Of a stretch of 64,000 nucleotides of DNA, positions 12,665 through 26,331 are shown in pieces. The notes beneath the pieces are model-generated. The model saw only the letters and a list, made by a program, of their open reading frames with translations, made no database searches and was not told the origin of the DNA. The translations under genes and the position numbers were made by a program. The first letter of the stretch is position 1. Every line of letters begins with the position of its first letter. Source of the DNA: Scyliorhinus canicula (Eukaryota). The stretch covers positions 309,892,335-309,956,334 of the forward strand of contig NC_052146.1 in the NCBI RefSeq assembly GCF_902713615.1. The letters are read 5' to 3'.

Positions 12665-12900
12665 TATATATTGGTACAAAGAACAAAGACGAACAAAGAA
12701 AATTACAGCACAGGACCAGGCCCTTCGGCCCTCCCAGCCTGCGCCGATCAAGATCCTTTATCTAAACCTGTCACCTATTTTCCAAGGATCTACTTCCCTC
12801 TGTTCCCGTCCGTTCATATATCAGTCCAGATGCATCTTAAATGATGCTATCGTGCCCGCCTCTACCACCTCCGCTGGCAAAGCGTTCCAGGCACCCCCCA
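12665..12900 (-). mobile_element. CR1 3' terminal fragment
   Basis: ACAAAGAA tail and CAGGCCCTTCGGCCC CR1 3' UTR. Confidence 0.8.
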
Positions 12901-12989
12901 GGTGTAGGGCATGAGGTAAGTTTTTCTCCATTTATTTATGAACTGTTTCTCTGATAAATGTAAAATTATTTTGTTGCTGTTGATGTGGT

Positions 12990-13210
12990 TAAAGGGGCCA
13001 GACAGCTGGTTTGTGATGCAGAGCGAGGCCAGCAGCGTGGGTTCAATTCCCGTACAAGCTGAGGTTATTCATGAAGGCCCCGCCTTCCCAACCTTACCCC
13101 TCGCCTGGGGTGTGGTGACCCTCAGGTTAAATCACCACCAGTCAGCTCTCCCCCCTCAAAGGGGAAAGCAGCCAATGGTCATCTGGGACGATGGGGACGT
13201 TACACTTACT
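12990..13210 (+). mobile_element. SINE (third family)
   Basis: GGTTCAATTCCC B-box followed by a conserved-looking SINE body. Confidence 0.55.
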
Positions 13211-14313
13211 GACAATTTGGTTAATTCTGTCCTTTAATTAAAGTTTGTTTCAACATAAATGATCCCTATTGGTCAGAGTCATCACTCCTGGGGTGAAATA
13301 TCCTTTCCTCACAGTTTGATGAATTGTAAATTGTTTGGTGTTTCCTGTCCGGGATCCTAACAAAAGTTGGGGTCTGGTCTGGGATCCTCCCAACTCCCCA
13401 CCATCATTCCTGACTGGATGTGAAAAGACAGCTGTGCTTAGATCTGACCGTCTGTCCACTCCTCCCCACACAATCCATGCTCATTTCACACACACATTCT
13501 CAGCAACCGAGCCATTTCTTTGTCTCCACAATCAAACCATCCATTCGACTGACTCTTGCTGCTGGCAATTGGGAGCCACCTCCTGCCCACTGCCAGCTCC
13601 TGATCCTGCAATCAGTCTTCACTCTCACCCACAACACTGGCACTCCACTGATCAACATCATAACTGATATCTGTGTGAATGTGATGGCCACTGTCTATCC
13701 CTCCTCAGAATCTTTCACCTCTCCACTCTGTTTAACACCACTGAGCACAGGTTCCTGTTTAAAAGTCTCTGATCCACATTCCAGCCCCTGGCACTGCTCT
13801 CTCACGGTCCCACTCCTGCTGCTCACATCATCCACATTATATCAGCACCAAAGGATTTCTCCTCCAGTGTCTGAATGATCGTCTCTGCTGTGTCCCCAGG
13901 GCACCATCCCTGGCTCCCTCCTCATCCTCATTTCACCCTCAGAAACCTGGACAACATTCCAATCTTCACCATCACTCAGATCAGTCTCTCCACCTCCTCC
14001 ATTGATCCCAATGTTCTTTCCACTCTCTCCAAATGTCTGTCCAACATTCGGACTCGGCTAAGACAAAGTTTCTGTGCAGCTCAGTAAACAGCCACATGGC
14101 ACTAACCTCCCCAGACACCCCCTCAGGATAAAGCCAGAGATGTGGAACTTTGGGGAATTGCTGAAGCTGAGCTCAGCTTCTTCCCCACAGTGAACCCATC
14201 AGTAAGATCACTTTACATCACCTCCTAGCTCTTCATCATCACAAACTCATCTCCAATTCACTCATCTGGAAGAGGTTATTGCTGTGGGTAATTGGAATGA
14301 AAACTCTACTTAC

Positions 14314-14658
14314 TGGTTACATTCAGCCGGCTTCCATTCCCATAGATCCCTCTCCACACTGAGCAGTAATAGACGGCAGTGTCACTGGGCTGCACGTTGC
14401 TGATTGTCAGGTTGAAGCTGTTGGAGTTGATGTGTCTGGAAGGCAGGAAACGCTCAGAGTAACCGGAATACCGGAATACATCATTATTTTTATAAAGTGC
14501 TAAAATCCTCTCCCTCTGTTTCCCTGGCAGCTCCCGGTCCCAATAAACATTTCTGTATCTCACTGCGGCGTTCTGCATGGAGCACTGTAACCGTGCAGTC
14601 TGACCCTCTGTGACATGTTCCACACTCGGAGACTGGATAAGGACTGGATCAGTCGCAC
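14314..14658 (-). CDS. Ig V-set domain exon D1 with germline-fused J-like G strand (membrane-distal)
   Basis: Acceptor tttttctctgaaag|GT, donor ACCA|GTAAGT, 345 nt, phase 1-1. It encodes ATDPVLIQSPSVEHVTEGQTARLQC...VYWDRELPG...LTISNVQPSDTAVYYCSVWRGIYGNGSRLNVT, with the canonical Cys, Trp, D-x-A-x-Y-Y-C and GxG-x-x-L-x-V motifs. Confidence 0.95.
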
Positions 14659-15181
14659 CTTTCAGAGAAAAACAAAATCAGTGAGTTACATTCTGAGCTG
14701 AAAGTTTGCTGTGAGTATTTAAAGGGACAGTCCAGGCAGTAGAAGTTCTGTGTTAAAGAGAGGAAACAGCTTCTGAGACTGATCTAGTTGTGTTAGTTTG
14801 TTAATGATTTCTATCCTGGGGGTTACTCTGTGCTGATCTCAGCAGTACAGATGTGTTGATATAATTGTGAAATGCAATATTGTTCTCACACTGTGGAACA
14901 GCTCTCTCAAACACACTGACCTCTCCCAGTTAGTGTCTAAATGAATTCCTGGGATGTGGGTGTCGCTGGCTAAGCCAGCTTTTATTACCCATCCCTAATT
15001 GCCCTGAAGGAGGCGGTGGTGAGCTGCCTTCTTGAACAGCTGCAGCCCATGGAGATTGGAGCTATCTTTACTGAACCAATAGTGGGAGAGTGTTTCTCAC
15101 AATAGGAAGCAGGTTTGGGAATTAGAATGGGAAGTGTCTGCAACATTCGAATAGGCAGTCAGACATTTAAAGGGACAGGAC

Positions 15182-15671
15182 TGTCATGATATGTATATTG
15201 ACTGGGGTGTAAAAATAATAACAAGTGCATGATCAATAATAGCTAATAGTAAGGTTCCCATGTGGAATGTAATATTTAAAGAAAAGTATCACAACCAAAG
15301 TTGAGAATAATTTTCTTTTCAAAGAAAGGGGAATGTGGTATTATCATAAATGTAAGAACTGCAAAGGGTTCATTAAATGTCTAAAGACAGCCACTAGGGG
15401 CAGCGTGTCTTACAAGTATATGAGACATGATGCTAAGCCTTGAGGGAGTTAGAAGGAAGTGAAAGATGGTGAGGCACAGGAGCAGTTGTGTATTTGAGAG
15501 TTCTGTAGTTAGAGATAGCATAGTTTAATATAGTAACCTTGTACTTAAGGTATACGCATTAATCTTAGTTAGTATTGTAAACAACTAAGTTTTGTTCGCT
15601 CAAACTTGTTGTTCTTTGTTCAACACTACGCATCCAAGCCATCCAGGTAAAGCAAAGCAGAGAACAACACA
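15182..15671 (+). mobile_element. Solo LTR (490 bp) with 5-bp TSD AGGAC
   Basis: TGTCATGA...CAACACA flanked by AGGAC at 15177-15181 and 15672-15676. Confidence 0.7.
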
Positions 15672-16489
15672 AGGACCACCCTACGGATCAACAGAACCAC
15701 AGCCTATTGGGTTTGTGAAAACTGAAGCCTGTCCACAGGTTAGGGTCTGGGGGGGGGTCAGTTTGGGAGGAATGGCGTCTCTATCCCTCCATTCCTCAGG
15801 GACTGGGATCTTTACCAGCTGCCACTGCAACACGGTGGGCATGGGAGTGGGGGTAACTGAGAGAGACTGGAAATAAATCTGAGGGAGCCAAACCCTGTCC
15901 CTCCAACTGACAGTTTTAATATTGGTAAAGGGCACGGAGCCAGTGGGGGTCCCAGGAGAGGCAAATCGAGGGGAATACAGCTCAGGTAGTGAGTGAGTCA
16001 GTGGATCTCTCAGGAAGGTGTTGAGTGGCACAGTGGTTAGCACTGCTGCCTCATTCCGCCAGGGACCCGGGTTCAATTCCGGCCTCAGTTGACGGTGCAG
16101 AGTTTGTACATTCTCCCCGTGTCTGTGTGGGTTTCCTCCGGGAGCTCCGGGTTCCTCCCACAGCCCAGAGATGTGCAGGTTAGGTGGCTTGGCCACGTGG
16201 GGGGTTATCGGGATAGGACGGGGGAGTGAGCCTGGGTGCAGTGCTCTGTCACTGCAGACTCCGATGGGCTGAATGGCCTCCTTCTGCACTGTAGGGATTC
16301 TATGATTCCTCTCCCATCCCAACTGTGCAGAGCTTTGTGACGGGAGGGAGCAGAGAATCCAGCAGGAGAGGAAAATCCGGATATCCAGGGGTATAAAAAA
16401 GTTTGTAATTCTCCGAAAGGCAGATTAATGGTTGCTCAGTTATCCTGCTGCCTGGTGGTGTGGTTGCAATTCACATTAATTTGCATCTC

Positions 16490-17110
16490 ATGAATATTCA
16501 ATTTAACAGTAGCTCGTCAATATCCCATCAGGCCTTCCTATCGTGCATCACGCCAGCGGGAAATCATGTCGGCCTCAAACCCGATTGACAAAGAGAGACA
16601 TGAACGAGATGGACCTCAGTTCCCGAGAGATGTTGAGGTGAGTAACACACAGATCCTGCCTACCATAGCGCTGCGTCACTCCTGTTACACTCAGCACCTC
16701 TCTGCTGAGGCCACTAGTTTGTGCCCTTCAGCTCCAAGCAGAGCTGGTCTTTATGGGCAGAATGTGCTGCGGGACCCATGGACCCTCCACTCCAATTGTT
16801 CTACGTTCCCCCGGGGGTGTGGTACGTGGTGAGGGTGTTGCTGAGGAAGACAAGGGGGGCAATGAGGAAGGAGGTTTATGCAAGAGCGGGTGGAGAGGAG
16901 GGGATGGGGCAGGGTGGGAATGTCCATCACCACAGCAACTGGATCCACAACATCTGCTGCGATGGTTGCTGGGGGTTCAGGGCTGCCCACTTTAACATTG
17001 GCTGATGACTCTGGTGCATCAGCCTCAGACTCGAGCTGAGGAGAGGTACAACGCTGCTCACACCTCCACACACTCCCTCAGAGAGCAGACCATCGCATCT
17101 CTGAAGATGC
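16490..17110. mobile_element. Probable Harbinger-associated non-autonomous DNA element fragment
   Basis: CACGCCAGCGGGAAA terminus-like motif and GC-rich body resembling the other shark MITE-like segments; recognised by resemblance only. Confidence 0.35.
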
Positions 17111-17769
17111 CACAGAAAGGAAAATAAGAAAAGTGATAGACAGAGAAATCAAGGGCCTGTGTCTGATAAATGACAGTGTACAAAATTGTAAGGATGGAAC
17201 AAGAAATGTTAAAAGGACTAACCTTCAGGTTATATACCTGAACGTGCAGATCATTTGAAATAATGGACAATTTATTTGTGATGTAGGGAGAGAAAAGAAC
17301 TAACATTTCGAGTCCAATGACTTTGTGGGCAGCACGGCAGCACAAGTGATCAGCACTGTGGCCTCACAGCTCCAGGGTCCTGGGTTCGATTCCCTGCTGG
17401 GTTACTGTCTGTGCGGAATCTGCACGTTCTCCCCGTGTGTGCATGGGTTTCCTCCGGGTGCTCCGGTTTCCTCCCACACTCCAAAAATGTGGATTGGCCA
17501 TGATAAATTGCCCTTAGTGACATTAGGAGGGGTTATTGGGTTACGGCGAAAGAGTGGAAGTGAGGGCTTACATGGGCCGGTGCAGACTCGATGGGCTGAA
17601 TGGCCTCCTTCTGCTCTGTATGTTCTATGTTCATTTATGTTGACTCTTTGACATTGGACTCGAAACGTTCGCTCTTTTCTCTCCCCACAGATGCTGCCAG
17701 ACCTGCTGAGATTTTCCAGCATTTTCTCTTTCGTTTCAGATATCAGCAACCGCAGTTATTTGCTTTTAC

Positions 17770-18755
17770 CCAGCGTACCTCAGGGGTCTGTGACGGGACT
17801 GCAGGTTTTCACAATATACATTACTGATCTGGAAGAAGGAACTGAAACCACTGTTGCTAAGTTTGCAGATGATACAAAGATCTGTAGAGGGACAGGTAGT
17901 ATTGAGGAATCAGTCGAGCTTCAGAAGGACTTGGACAAGCTGGAAGAGCGGGCAAAGAAGTGGCAGATGGAATACAATGTGGAAAAGTGTGACATTATGC
18001 ACTTTGGAAGGAGAAATGGAGGCATAGATTATTTTCTGAATGGGGAAATGCTTAGGAATTCTGAAGCACAAAGGGACTTGGGAGACCTTGTTCACAATTC
18101 TCTGGGTGTTAACGTGTAGGTTCAGACGGCAGTTAGGAAGGCAAATGCAATGTTAGCATTCATGTCGAGAGGGCTAGAATACATAACCAGGGGCGTACTT
18201 CTGATGCTATATAAGGCTCTGGTCAGACCCCATTTGGAATATTGTGAGCAGTTTTGGGCTCCATATCTAAAGAAGAATGTGCTGGCCTTGGAAAGGGTCC
18301 AGAGGAGGTTCACAAGAATGATCCCGGAATGAAGATCTTGTCAAATGAGGACTCTGGTTTCAAAGGCTGAGGGGGGATCTTATTGAAACTTACAGGATAC
18401 TGCGAGGCCTGGATAGAGTGGACATGGAGAGGATGTTTCCACTTGAAGGAAAAACTAGAATGACAGGACATAGTCTCAGACTAAAGGGATGAGTCTTTAA
18501 AACAGAGATGAGGAGGAATGTCTTCAGCCAGAGGGGGGTGAATCTGTGGAACTCTTTGCCGCAAAAGCTGTGGAGGCCAAATCACTGAGTGTCTTTAAGA
18601 CAGAGATAGATAGGTTCTTGATTAATAAGGAGATCAGGTGTTATGGGGAGAAGGCAGTTAAAATGGGGATGAGAAAAATATCAGCCATGATTGAATGAAG
18701 GAGTAGAACTGATGGGCCGAGTGGCCGAATTCTGCTCCTATGGCTAATGGTCTTA
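17770..18755 (+). mobile_element. CR1 LINE 3' half
   Basis: [32 protein letters not shown] and a 3' UTR. Confidence 0.9.
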
Positions 18756-18759
18756 CAAC

Positions 18760-20230
18760 CTCAGGAGCTTTGGAGAGATATCATCAGACTCTCAGAAACA
18801 TGATTGGGCCGATTGCCATGAATATCCAACAAGGGATTTTTTACTATTTGCCCCCAGGGATTCTCTGAGCGAATCTACTGGGTTTAGTCCATTTGAATTG
18901 GTCAATGGCCATGAAGTACGGGGTCCGTTAGAGTTGATGAAAGTGAAGTTTCTAAAACAAAAAGCTGAATCCTCAATGTGGGATTATGTGTCCATGTTTC
19001 TGGAAAGACTCACGGGAGTTTGTCAGGTCGCCCAAGATCATTGAAAGGTTTCGGGAGAAAGGATGGAAATGTGGACAGACAAACGTGCCAAATCCAGAAC
19101 ATTCCGGCTGGAGATGAGGGGCTGGTATTGTTACCTTTGCAGGGTGACCCTCTGAAAGTGAAATTCAGCGGCCCCAAAAGGTAGTTAGCGGGGAGTGAGT
19201 GAGGTAACTTATCCAATAGATACTCCAGACCCCAGGAAGATGGGCCGATTATACCACAGAAATATGTTGAAAAAATACCATCTCAGGGAAGGAGATAAGA
19301 AGGAACCAATGTGTCAGGTGGTGAAAGTAGTGGAAGAGATCAGAGATAATAATAGTGAGTCAGGGGAGAGAACAGAGATAGTAAGAGTGAGACAGTAAAG
19401 AGGAGCAACAAAAAGATCTCATAAGAATCTTGCAGAAGAATAGGAAGATTTGTTGGGACACAGTGGAGTGCACGACACTAACTCAACATGATACAGACGT
19501 AGGTGACTCCAACCCGATAAAACACCATCCATATCGACTGAACCATCAGAAAGGGGCTCAGAATGAAGCAGAAATCCAACACATGCTGGACAATCATTTC
19601 AGTGAGTGCGGAAGAGAAGATGGAGTTCGCCGGTCACGTTAGTCCCTCAGCTGGATGGGACAAACCCGTCTCTATAGACAACCGGAAAGTCAATGCCATC
19701 ACCAAAACCGATTTGTATCCCATTCCCGGGTTGGAGGCTGGATCGATAGGATCGGCAGTGCCTTGTGCCTTTGGAGAATGGATTTGTTAAAGGGGCATTG
19801 GCAGGTTCCTTTAACGCCCAGAGTTAAAGAGATTTCTACCTTTGTGACTCCAGGGGGATTGTATCAGTGGAAAGTGATGATCAGATTTATAAACACACCA
19901 GCTACATTTCAATGACTCAGACATTAAGCAGTGGCTCGGGGGCCTAACTGTGTGATCTGTTTGGATGTTGGGTAGTTTACACTGACACATGGAAGGAACT
20001 GTAGGATTGGAAGAGTTATTTAAACTGCTACAGCTGGCTGATTTAGTCATCAAGTTGGGTAAAAGCGAGTTTGCCAAAGCAGAAATGAGAGACCTCAGGC
20101 ACGTTGTGGGACAGGGGCGAGTGGTACCCAGAACGGCCAAGGTGAGGGTGTTCCTGGATTTCCCAAAACAAAACGGGAGACTATGAGGTTCCTGGGCATG
20201 TGTGTGTTCTATAGAAAATTTGTAGCTAAC
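18760..20230 (+). mobile_element. Gmr1-like Ty3/Gypsy pol remnant (integrase upstream of RT)
   Basis: ESTGFSPFELVNGHEVRGPL and PLQGDPLKVKFSGP (INT C-terminus) at 18860-19180 precede HDTDVGDSNPIKHHPYRLN and DLLKGHWQVPLT (RT) at 19480-19900. Confidence 0.8.
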
Positions 20231-20234
20231 TTTA

Positions 20235-23200
20235 GACTATGAGAAATTGGACCAGGAATAGGCCATTCGGCCCCTCGAGCCTGCTCCACCATCCAATAGG
20301 ATCACGGCTGATCCAATATTCCTCTTATCCATGTTCCTGACCTTTCCCCCTAAGCCCTGATTCCCTTACTGATTAAGAATCTCTCTAACTCAGTGTTAAA
20401 TATACACAAGGACTCTGCCTCCACAGGTCTCTGTGGCAAAGAGTTCCAAAGGCTCCGAGCCCTCTGAGAGAAGAAATTCCTCCTCAGCTCAGCCTTAAAT
20501 TGCCCCCCCCCCCTTTATTCTGAGACTCTGCCCTCTGGTCGGAGACTCTCCCATGACGGTAAACATCCTCTCCACATTTACTCTGTCAAGGCACTGTAGA
20601 ATCCTCGATGTTTCACTGAGATCACCTCTCATTCTTCCAACGTCCAATGAGTAAAGCTCGAACCAGTTTGACCTTTGCTCAGAAGACAATCCCTCCATAC
20701 CGGGATCTTCCTGGTGAACCATCTCTGAACCACCTCCAATGGAATAAAGGCGCTGGATTCTCTGCTGCCTGCCTCCTTCCTCTAAGTCATTAATCTATAT
20801 TGTAAACAGTGTCGGTCCCAGCACTGATCCCTGTGGGACCCACTGGTTACAGGTCACCAACCTGAAAAAGATCCCCTTATCCCCACTCCCTGTTTCCTGC
20901 CCATTAACCAATTCTATCTCCATGTCTATATCCCACCTCCAACACCATGGCCTCTTATCTTATAACTTAACCTTTTGTGAGTTACCCTGTGACCACCTTC
21001 TGGAAGTCCAAATAAAAACATCTACTGGTTCCCCTCTATTCACGGATTGAGACTTCCTTAAAAAACCCCAATAAATGAGTCAGACACGATTTCCCTTTTA
21101 TGAATCCACGCTGACTCTGCTGTTTAGATTATTCACTGGAGGCGGTTCAGTGAAGGTTAGGCTAATTGGCCGATAGTTACCCGCTTAATGCTTCCCGACT
21201 TTTTGAGTAGAGGTGTCTCATTGGCATTTTCCAATCCTCTGATAATTCTCCGCAATCCAAAGATTTTTGTAAATTACAACCAATGCATCCGCTATCTCTG
21301 TGGCTACTTCTTTTAGGGTCCTGGGACACAAGCCATCACGGCCAAGGGACTGATCTGCCTTTTCCCCATTAGTTTGTCTATTACTACTTCTCTAACAATG
21401 ATGATGGTATTTAATTCCTCCCCCGTATTCTTTAGTATTACTGGGGTGTTTGAAGGATCTTCCACCATAAAGACTGATGCAAAATATCTGTTTAACTCCT
21501 CTGTCATTTCCTTGTTCCCCATAACTATCTCCCCAGATTCATTTTCTGAGGGGCCTACACTTTGACCTCTCTCTTCCTTTTGATATATTTAAAGAAGCTC
21601 TTAATGTCAGTTATTTTATATTCCCCGCTAGTTGTCCCTTAGAGTTCATTTCCTCTCTCTTTAGTATCTTTTCAATCCTCCTTTTCTGGATTCTGAATTT
21701 ATGACTCCTTATATGCTTTTTCTTTCAACTTACTACTTTCCTTAACTTCCTTGGTCAGTCATGACTGGTTTAATCCTCTCTTCAAATCTTTCCTCTTTAC
21801 TGTGAGAGTCATGAATTACTGGTTTCAATGTCTGGCACTGCTTGTTTACTGCCTTTCCTGTTAATCTATCCACCCCGTCCACTTTAGCTGACTCTCTCCT
21901 CATTTCATTGTGATTCCCTTTATTTAAGTTAAACACGCTTGTTTCTGATCCACGTTTCTCACTCACAAACTGAATATTAAATTTTATTGTGTTATGATCA
22001 CTACTCCCTCGGGGAGCTTTCACTCTGAGATCATTTATTAAACCTGCTGCCTTACCCATTACCAGATCCAAGAAAGCCTGTTCCCTGATTTGTTCCATGA
22101 CATTTTTCTCTCTGAATCTATCCATAATGTAATCTATGAATTTGTTGCTCCAACTACCCTTTCCAACTTGATTACAAAGAACTAAGAACAAAGAAAAGTA
22201 CAGCACAGGAACAGACCCTTCGGCCCTCCAAGCCTGTGCCGACCATGCTGCCCATCTAAAATAAAATCTTCTGCACCTCCGGGGTCCGTATCCTTCTATT
22301 CCCATCCTATTCATGTATTTGTCAGGATACTCCATAAACATCACTATCGTCCCTGCTTCCACCACCTCCTCCGGCAGCGAGTTCCAGGCACCCACCACAC
22401 TCTGTGTAAAAAACTTGCCTTTTACGTCTCCTCTTAACCTTGCCCTCGCACCTTAAACCTATGCCCCCTAGAAATTGACCCCTCTACCCTGGGAAAAAGT
22501 CTCTGACTATCCACTTTGTCTATGCCCCTCATAATTTTGTAGACCTCTATCAGGTCGCCGCTCAACCTCCGTCGTTCCAGTGAGAACAAACCGAGTTTAT
22601 TCAAACTCTCCTCATAGCTAATGCCCTCCATCCCAGGCAACATCAGATAAATCTGTTCTGCGCCCTCTCTAAAGCCTCCACATCCTTCTGGTAGTGTGGC
22701 GACCAGAATTGAACACTATACACCAAGTGTGGTCTAACTAAGTTTCTATACAGCTGCAACATGACTTGTCAATTTTTATACTCAATGCCCCGGCCAATGA
22801 AGGCAAGCATGCCGTTTGCCTTCTTGACTATCTTCTCCACCTGTGTTGCCCCTTTCAGTGACCTGTGGACCTGTACACCTCGATGTCTCTGACTGTCAAT
22901 ACTCTTGAGGGTTCTACCATTCACTGTATATTCCCTACCTGTATTAGACCTTCCAAAATGCATTACCTCGCATTTGTCAGGATTAAACACCATCTGCCAT
23001 GTCTCTGCCTAAGTCTCCAAATGATTCAAATCCTGCTGTATCCTCTAACAGTCCTCATCGCTATCCGCAATTCCACCAAACTTTGAGTCATCTTCGTGTT
23101 ACTAATCAGACCAATTACATTTTCCTCCAAATCATTTATATAGACTACAAACAGCAACGGTCCCAGCACTGAACCCAGTGGAACACCACTAGTCACTGTC

Positions 23201-24430
23201 CTCCAATCACAAAAGTGCCCTTCCATTGCTACTCTCTGCCTTCTGTGACCGAGCCAGTTCTGTATCCACCTTGCCAGCTCACTCCTGATCCCGTGTGACT
23301 TCACCTTTTGTACCAGTCTGCCAAGAGGGACCATGTCAAAGGCCTTACTGAAGTCCATAGAACATAGAACATAGAACGATACAGCGCAGTACAGGCCCTT
23401 CGGCCCTCGATGTTGCACCGACATGGAAAAAATCTAAAGGCCATCTAACCGACACTATGCCCTTATCATCCATATGCTTATCCAATAAACTTTTAAATGC
23501 CCCCAATGTTGGCGAGTTCACTACTGTTGCAGGTAGGGCATTCCACGGCCTCACCACTCTTTGCGTAAAAAACCCACCTCTGACCTCTGTCCTATATCTA
23601 TTACCCCTCAATTTAAGGCTATGTCCCCTCGTGCTAGCCACCTCCATCCGCGGGAGAAGGCTCTCGCTGTCCACCCTATCTAACCCTCTGATCATTTTGT
23701 ATGCCTCTATTAAGTCACCTCTTAACCTTCTTCTCTCTAACGAAAACAACCTCAAGTCCATCAGCCTTTCCTCATAAGATTTTCCCTCCATACCAGGCAA
23801 CATCCTGGTAAATCTCCTCTGCACCCGTTCCAAAGCTTCCACGTCCTTCCTATAATGAGGCGACCTGAACTGTACGCAATACTCCAAATGCGGCCGTACT
23901 AGAGTTTTGTACAACTGCAACATGACCTCATGGCTCCGGAACTCAATCCCTCTACCAATAAAGGCCAACACACCATAGGCCTTCTTCACAACCCTATCAA
24001 CCTGGGTGGCAACTTTCAGGGATCTATGTACATGGACACCGAGATCCCTCTGCTCATCCACACTACCAAGAATTTTTCCATATAGACAACATCCACTGCC
24101 CCACCTGCATCAATCATCTTTGTGACCTCCTCGAAAAACTCTATCAAGTTAGTGAGAGACGACCTCCCCTTCATAAAACTGTGCTGCGTCTCACTGATAC
24201 GTCCATTTGCATCCAAATGGGAGTAGATCCTGGCTCGAAGAATTCTCTCCAGTAATTTCTCTACCACTGACGTAAGGCTCACCGGCCTGTAGTTCCCTGG
24301 ATTATCCTTGCTACTCTTCTTAAAGAAAGGAACAACATTGGCTATTCTACAGTCCTCCGGGACATCACCTGAAGACAGTGAGGATCCAAAGATTTTTGTC
24401 AAGGCCTCAGCAATTTCCTCTCGCCTCCTT
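20235..24430 (-). mobile_element. Cluster of stacked and nested CR1 LINE fragments
   Basis: Several CR1 3' ends and RT segments. A young copy with an open 238-aa C-terminal frame (about 23360-24075) is nested in an older RT. Confidence 0.9.
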
Positions 24431-26331
24431 CAGTATTCTGGAGTAGACCATAACATGGTAAATTTTGATATTAAGTTTGAGACAAAGGTCACACACAAAC
24501 AAAGCTTTAAAACTAGGTCAGGCTGCCTTTAATGAAAAGTGGAACGAGGAGAATGTGTTAAACTGAGAAGTGGAAACAAGCTATTGACTCATAAACCTAC
24601 AGAAAAACAGTGGGAAGTGTTGAAATAAATGTCCAGTACAATATAATGCAATAGCTAACTGTAACAACAAGAATGCCCACTTATAAAGTTAAGCAACCAT
24701 TTCTATAAAGCTAAAGGAAGAAGCTGACACACAGACCAGGAGAACAAAATGTGAGAAGTATAAAAAACAACAATATAATTAAAATAATGTCGGCATCAGT
24801 GTCTCGGCAAATATTTAAAGCCCGTTTCTCATTGTTCCTCAGAAGGTGGTGGTCAGCTGCTTTCTTGAACCGCTGCAGTCTGTCTGAGGTAGGGACACCC
24901 ACAGTGCAGTTAGGAAGGGGATTAGCTGGTAGAGGCCGTGTGTTTGGAAGATGCTGTTTAAGGAGTCTTGGTGAGTTGGTGCAGTGCATCTTGTCGATGG
25001 TGCACATGGCTGCCAGTGTGTGTCGGTGGTGGAGGGAGTGAATATTGAAGGTGGTGGATGGGGTGGGTGCCCACCAAGTGGGACCTCTTTGACCTTCATG
25101 GTGTCAAACCTCCTTTTTTTCCAATAGCAAATTTATTCGGCTACAATAGTCAGTAAATGTACAATACTATGGTCAATGCCCAGCTCACAGTCCAATCTCA
25201 TATGTTACATTCAGGCATTGACACTTTTTGGAAAAATAAACTTAATTCTACCTATAGCCAAATAGTCTACAGAGAAAAAGTAAATTAACTGGAATTCTTA
25301 TTTTCAACTTATGTCAGATAACTGGAAAGAGAGGGGAACTAAACTAAACGTAAAAAAGAACAACAAAGACCAGCATGAAATTGCCAACTGTCCGAGTGGA
25401 GTGTTCCACTTGAGATCTCAACCCAGAAATATCATTGGTTTAAATGTCAGACCGATTGGAACCAATGATCACATGACCAGCATAAATCAATGTGCTGCCG
25501 TCTCACACTTTTGAGCAGTTAGTAAAGTTCATGTACAATTAAGTTTTCTTTTTAAACACAGGCAGACATATCCAAGGAAATAGAAAGGTCCGTCTGATCA
25601 CAGCAGCGGTGACGCAGAGTCGCTTTCTCAAACCAGGGGCCAGAGACCATTGCCCCTGACTTTGTTTAGTTTGGTTCTTCCACTGAAAGACAATATGGAG
25701 ATGGAACAGCAGCAGCTCGAGGGAAAGGAAGAAAGAGAGAGAGAGAGTTAAAGACTATCGATTACAATAACCAGAGATCAATTCCACCTTTCAGGGAAAC
25801 AAATTTATCCATTTGAATTGAAACACTGCAACTACTGGTGTTTGAACAAACATATTAGAGTAAAACAGGCAAAAATGTAACCTGATGGGCTTCTTGGGTA
25901 GGGCCAGCATTCACACAGTTTGTATCAGTTAGTCACAGCCGACGTAACAATCAGGGCACCAGAATTGGTCTCAGCTCCCTCGCATTGAGGGCCAGCAAGG
26001 AAAGGGAGATGGAAATTCATCCTCTCGGGCTCTGCTTCCTTATCTGGCCACTCCTGTTGTGCGGATACCAGGATCAAATATGGGCATAATGACCTCCCTC
26101 CCCCGGTAGAACAGCCACTGACATTGTCTGGGGGAAGTAAACCACCTGTACCTCTGCTTGGAAATGGGGGTGTGAGTGGGAAGGAAGATAACAATATAAG
26201 GATGCAAGAATCACCACAGCTCAGCATATCTTTCTTTAAATTTAGAGTGCTCAATTCTTTTTTTTTTCCAATTAAGGGGCAATTTAGCGTGGCCAATCCA
26301 CCTCCCCTGCACATCTTCGGGTTGTTGGGGC

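Noticed and set aside
14186-14192. CACAGTG heptamer 120 bp from V exon D1 as a possible RSS
   Set aside because: There is no nonamer at 12 or 23 bp, it lies in the intron beyond the splice donor, and V and J are already fused.
16479-16486. Ig-promoter octamer ATTTGCAT
   Set aside because: It is a single 8-mer at the edge of a transposon-like segment, 1.8 kb from the V exon, with no leader exon next to it.
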